From Gaiellaceae bacterium (GTDB lineage: Bacteria > Actinomycetota > Thermoleophilia > Gaiellales > Gaiellaceae): 30,738 nucleotides of DNA. The stretch is taken from NCBI GenBank assembly GCA_051005735.1, contig JBPCJB010000125.1, positions 1 to 30,738 on the forward strand, in the 5' to 3' direction. Shown in pieces: positions 27,650-30,738 of this stretch. The stretch's first letter is position 1, and the number at the start of each line of letters is the position of its first letter. Both the position numbers and the translations under genes were made by a program. The notes beneath the pieces were generated by a model, which worked only from the letters and a program-made list of their open reading frames with translations, was not told where the DNA came from and did no database searches.

Positions 27650-27670
27650 GTGAAGCAGCTTCTTTCGTAG
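27650..27670 (+). CDS. Putative leucine-sensing leader peptide MKQLLS of a leuS attenuator
   Basis: GTG AAG CAG CTT CTT TCG TAG: tandem CTT codons, atypical in this GC-rich DNA, 8 nt after TAGCAT (27636-27641) and upstream of a terminator and leuS. Confidence 0.65.
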   Translation: MKQLLS

Positions 27671-27710
27671 CGCAGGAAGCGAACGCGGCCCCGCCGCGGC
27701 AGCTTCCCCC

Positions 27711-27737
27711 GGCCTATCTCGCGAGAGGCTTTTTTGT
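27711..27737 (+). terminator. Intrinsic terminator-like hairpin with U-tract inside the leuS 5' leader
   Basis: GGCC-TA-TCT-CGCG-AGA-GGC-TTTTTT: about 7 bp of stem with a 2-nt bulge, followed by six T (27730-27735), 22 nt before the leuS ATG. Confidence 0.7.
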
Positions 27738-27757
27738 ACCCCGAGGTAGGTGAACCG

Positions 27758-30193
27758 ATGACCGAGCGATACGACCCGAGGGTGATCGAGGCGAAGTGGC
27801 AGCGCGTCTGGGAGGACGAGCGCGCGTTCGAGGTCTCGAACGAGCCCGGCCCGAACGAGGCGGCGAAGCCGAAGTCGTACGTGCTCGAGCAGCTCCCCTA
27901 TCCCTCGGGTTCGCTGCACATGGGACACATGCTGGTGTACACGATCGGCGATGTCGTGACGCACTTCCGCAGGCGCAACGGCTACCGCGTGCTCCATCCG
28001 ATGGGATTCGACGCGTTCGGCCTGCCGGCGGAGAACGCCGCGATCCGCGAGGGCGGTCATCCGCGAGCGATGACCGAGCGCAACATCGCGGCGATCAAGG
28101 AATCGATGCGCCGGATCGGCTGGGCGATCGACTGGTCGCGCGAGCTCTCGACGCACGATCCCGACTACTACCGCTGGCAGCAGTGGCAGTTCCTACGCTT
28201 CCTCGAGCGGGGGCTCGCCTATCGGAAGGACGCGCCGGTCAAGTGGTGTCCCGTCGACCAGACCGTGCTCGCGAATGAGCAGGTGCACGACGGGCGCTGC
28301 GAGCGCTGCGGCTCGGAGGTCGAGTCGCGGCTGATGGAGCAGTGGTTCTTCCGCACGACCGACTACGCGCAGGCGCTTCTCGACGACCTCGAGACGGTCG
28401 ACTGGCCCGAGCCGATCAAGGCCCGGCAGCGCAACTGGATCGGCCGCTCCGAGGGCGCCGAGATCGTCTTCCGGATCGAGGAGCTCGATGTCGACGTGCC
28501 GGTGTTCACGACCCGGCCCGACACGCTCTTCGGCGCGACCTTCTTCGCGCTGGCGCCCGAACACGAGCTCGTCGAGCGGATCGCCGCGCGCGCCGCCAAC
28601 GGCAGCGAGATTCGCGACTACGTGCGGCGGGCTTCCGCCAAGAAAACGGAAGAGCGCGCCGCGGCCGAGGAGAAGACCGGGGTCGACACGGGCCTTCACG
28701 TCGCCAATCCCGTCAACGGAGAGCGGCTGCCGATCTACGTCGCGGACTACGTGCTGACCGACTACGGCACCGGCGCGGTCATGGCCGTGCCGGCGCACGA
28801 CGCCCGCGATCACGCGTTTGCTCAGGCGTTCGGGCTGCCCGTGCGCGTCGTCGTGCGGTCCGGCGAGGGCGAGACGGAGGAGGCGCCGTACCTCGGCTCC
28901 GGCGAGGGCTACGTGCTCGTCGAATCAGGCGACCTGGACGGGCTACCGGCGCCGGAGGGCGGGCGGCGGATCGTGGAGCGACTGGAGGCGGAGGGAAGGG
29001 GCCGCTTCACTGTCAACTTTCGCCTCCGCGACTGGGGCTTCTCACGTCAGCGCTACTGGGGCTGCCCGATTCCGATCGTCTACTGCGGGTCCTGCGGGAT
29101 CGTTTCCGTGTCGGACGACGAGCTGCCGGTCGTGCTGCCGGAGATCGAGGACTACAAGCCGCAGGGCCGCCCGCCGCTCGCCGGGGCCGAGGACTGGGTG
29201 AACGTGCCATGCCCGTCGTGCGCCAGGCCCGCGCAGCGGGAGACCGAGACGATGGACACCTTCGTCGACTCGTCCTGGTACTTCCTGCGCTACTGCGACC
29301 CGCACAACGATCGCGCGCCGTTCGACCGCGCCATCGTCGACTACTGGAATCCCGTCGACCTCTATATCGGCGGCGTCGACCACGCCACGATGCACATGAT
29401 CTATGCGCGCTTCTGGATGAAGGCGCTGAACGACATGGGTTTCATCGGCTTCCGCGAGCCGTTCGCCAGCTTCTATTCGAACGGCTGGGTCACGCTCGGG
29501 AGGACGAAGATGGCGAAGCGCGCCGGCAACATCGTCGGCCCCGACGCGTTCGTCGAGCGCCACGGCGCCGACACGGTTCGCCTCTACATCCTCTTCATCG
29601 GGCCGGCCGACCAGGACATGGAGTGGACAGAGGAAGGCGTCGAGGGGATGGGTCGCTTCGTGCGGCGGCTCTGGCGCGTCGTGCGCGAGGTCGCCGAGCG
29701 CGCACCTGCGTCCGGCGAGGCGACGAGCCCGCTTTCCCGCAAGGCGCACGCGACGATCGCGAAGGCGACCGACGATATCGGCCGGCGCTACGCGTTCAAC
29801 ACCGCGATCTCGGCCGTGATGGAGCTCGTGAACGAGTTGTCGCGCGACCCGGCTGCGGTCGACGCGCGCTTTGCCGCCGAGACGGCCGTCTCGCTGATCC
29901 AGCCGTACGCGCCGCACGTCGCCGAGGAGCTGTGGGGGGTGCTCGGCCGCGACCGCCTCTGGGAGGCGCCCTGGCCCGCGGCCGACGCGGCGATGCTCGA
30001 GCGCGAGACGGTCGAGCTCGTCGTGCAGGTGAACGGAAAGGTGCGGGACCGGTTGCAGGTGGCAGCCGCGACACCCGAGGAGGAGCTCGTCTCGCTCGGC
30101 CGAGCGTCCGAGCGGGTGCAGGCGCACCTGAAAGGCGGCGAGCCCAGGAAGACGATCGTCGTTCCGGGGAAGCTCGTCAACTTCGTCGTCTGA
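27758..30193 (+). CDS. leuS: Leucine--tRNA ligase
   Basis: ATG at 27758 after GAGGTAGGTG. Contains PYPSG.LHMGH (HIGH), GFDAFGLPAENAA, the CP1 editing motif TTRPDTLFG, GTGAVMAVPAHD, RQRYWGCPIP, MDTFVDSS, a KMSKS-equivalent KMAKR and C-terminal VQVNGKVR. Confidence 0.95.
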   Translation: MTERYDPRVIEAKWQRVWEDERAFEVSNEPGPNEAAKPKSYVLEQLPYPSGSLHMGHMLVYTIGDVVTHFRRRNGYRVLHPMGFDAFGLPAENAAIREGGHPRAMTERNIAAIKESMRRIGWAIDWSRELSTHDPDYYRWQQWQFLRFLERGLAYRKDAPVKWCPVDQTVLANEQVHDGRCERCGSEVESRLMEQWFFRTTDYAQALLDDLETVDWPEPIKARQRNWIGRSEGAEIVFRIEELDVDVPVFTTRPDTLFGATFFALAPEHELVERIAARAANGSEIRDYVRRASAKKTEERAAAEEKTGVDTGLHVANPVNGERLPIYVADYVLTDYGTGAVMAVPAHDARDHAFAQAFGLPVRVVVRSGEGETEEAPYLGSGEGYVLVESGDLDGLPAPEGGRRIVERLEAEGRGRFTVNFRLRDWGFSRQRYWGCPIPIVYCGSCGIVSVSDDELPVVLPEIEDYKPQGRPPLAGAEDWVNVPCPSCARPAQRETETMDTFVDSSWYFLRYCDPHNDRAPFDRAIVDYWNPVDLYIGGVDHATMHMIYARFWMKALNDMGFIGFREPFASFYSNGWVTLGRTKMAKRAGNIVGPDAFVERHGADTVRLYILFIGPADQDMEWTEEGVEGMGRFVRRLWRVVREVAERAPASGEATSPLSRKAHATIAKATDDIGRRYAFNTAISAVMELVNELSRDPAAVDARFAAETAVSLIQPYAPHVAEELWGVLGRDRLWEAPWPAADAAMLERETVELVVQVNGKVRDRLQVAAATPEEELVSLGRASERVQAHLKGGEPRKTIVVPGKLVNFVV

Positions 30194-30351
30194 GCCGCAC
30201 CAGCGGATTTCGGTGTCGATCCGGAGTGTGACCGGCGCTTAGCTGCCGCTGCCGACGAAGCACCGAGACAGGAGAGACGCCGCAATGCGCAGCGAGACGA
30301 GCGAGCCCTCGCACGCATGCTCACCGATCGTCACGAAGTTGGCTCACATCT

Positions 30352-30367
30352 GTGACACAGCCGTGAC
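30352..30367 (+). promoter_or_regulatory. Direct repeat GTGAC-N6-GTGAC upstream of comEA (OmpR-family MtrA/GlnR-like box candidate)
   Basis: GTGAC at 30352-30356 and 30363-30367 (11-bp period), adjacent to the palindrome TCACA-TC-TGTGA (30344-30355). Confidence 0.4.
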
Positions 30368-30390
30368 AGTTCTCGAGCGAGGCTGAGGTC

Positions 30391-30738
30391 ATGCCCTCCC
30401 TGCCTGTCACGCGAAGCCACGCCCTCGCGCTCGCGGTCGGACTGCTCGCGCTGCTCGCCGTGGCGGGCCGGACGCTCATGGGCACCGGATCGTCCTCCAC
30501 CGAGCCCGCGGGGGCGCTCGTCGCCACGCGATCCCCGGCTGCCGTCTCGCGGCTCGTCGTCCACGTCACCAGCGCGGTGGCGCAGCAAGGGCTCTACCGG
30601 CTGAAGGAGGGCGCCAGAGTCGCCGACGCCGTCGTTCGCGCGGGAGGGACGACGGCGTTGGCCGACCCCCCAGCCGTGAAACTCGCCGCACCGCTCGCCA
30701 ACAGGATGTAGGTTCTGATACCAAGTCGGGTCGCCGGT
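30391..30738 (+). pseudogene. comEA: ComEA-family DNA-binding competence protein (N-terminal TM plus SLBB domain) interrupted by in-frame TAG at 30709-30711; truncated by the window end
   Basis: A TM helix, then VVHV..AV...GLYRL.EGARVADAV.RAGG...AD...V.LAAPLA, then TAG followed in frame by VLIP, where homologues typically read DGxQ(V/I)xVP. The position downstream of leuS is the usual actinobacterial synteny. Confidence 0.7.

Noticed and set aside
27642-27757. T-box riboswitch upstream of leuS
   Set aside because: There is no T-box consensus (GGTGGNACCGCG) and no room for a specifier stem I. The leader-peptide model fits better.
30194-30390. Possible small ORF on the minus strand between leuS and comEA (about 31 codons from a GTG at 30334)
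   Set aside because: It has no ribosome-binding site or recognisable motif and cannot be distinguished from chance.
30709-30711. Pyrrolysine read-through of the TAG in comEA
   Set aside because: The position corresponds to a non-catalytic Gln-like residue, there are no pyl genes in the window, and TAG is a normal stop elsewhere.

Overview
High-GC (roughly 70% by eye) actinobacterial-type DNA. The gene styles suggest Thermoleophilia/Gaiellales, but that is inference. From left to right the window holds: an acyl-CoA catabolic operon (partial fatty-acid-CoA ligase, cupin, SnoaL-like protein, paired acyl-CoA dehydrogenases); an alpha/beta hydrolase and a lactate-monooxygenase-like flavoenzyme; another acyl-CoA dehydrogenase; a REP-like palindrome cluster; a deiodinase-like selenoprotein; a fatty-acid desaturase; a LIV-family ABC transporter followed by the F420 FO synthase fbiC; a large secreted PD40/Ig-like/RTX protein; an MBL-like protein; a DsbA/FrnE-like UxxC selenoprotein; a histidine biosynthesis cluster (hisA divergent from a TrpR-like regulator, hisG, hisD, a hisC-hisB fusion, hisH, hisF, hisIE); lysA; leuS; and a comEA copy with an in-frame stop at the window end. 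The main signals the ORF track misses are (i) two genes split by an in-frame UGA exactly at the catalytic Cys position (FGSYT-U-PPF and SDYI-U-PFC), (ii) a candidate leucine attenuator before leuS (leader peptide MKQLLS plus a hairpin and U-tract), (iii) a 20-bp palindromic operator candidate between hisA and the TrpR-like gene, and (iv) the HisC-HisB fusion. I saw no rRNA, tRNA, transposase or CRISPR array. All calls come from motif recognition by eye; no database searches were run.
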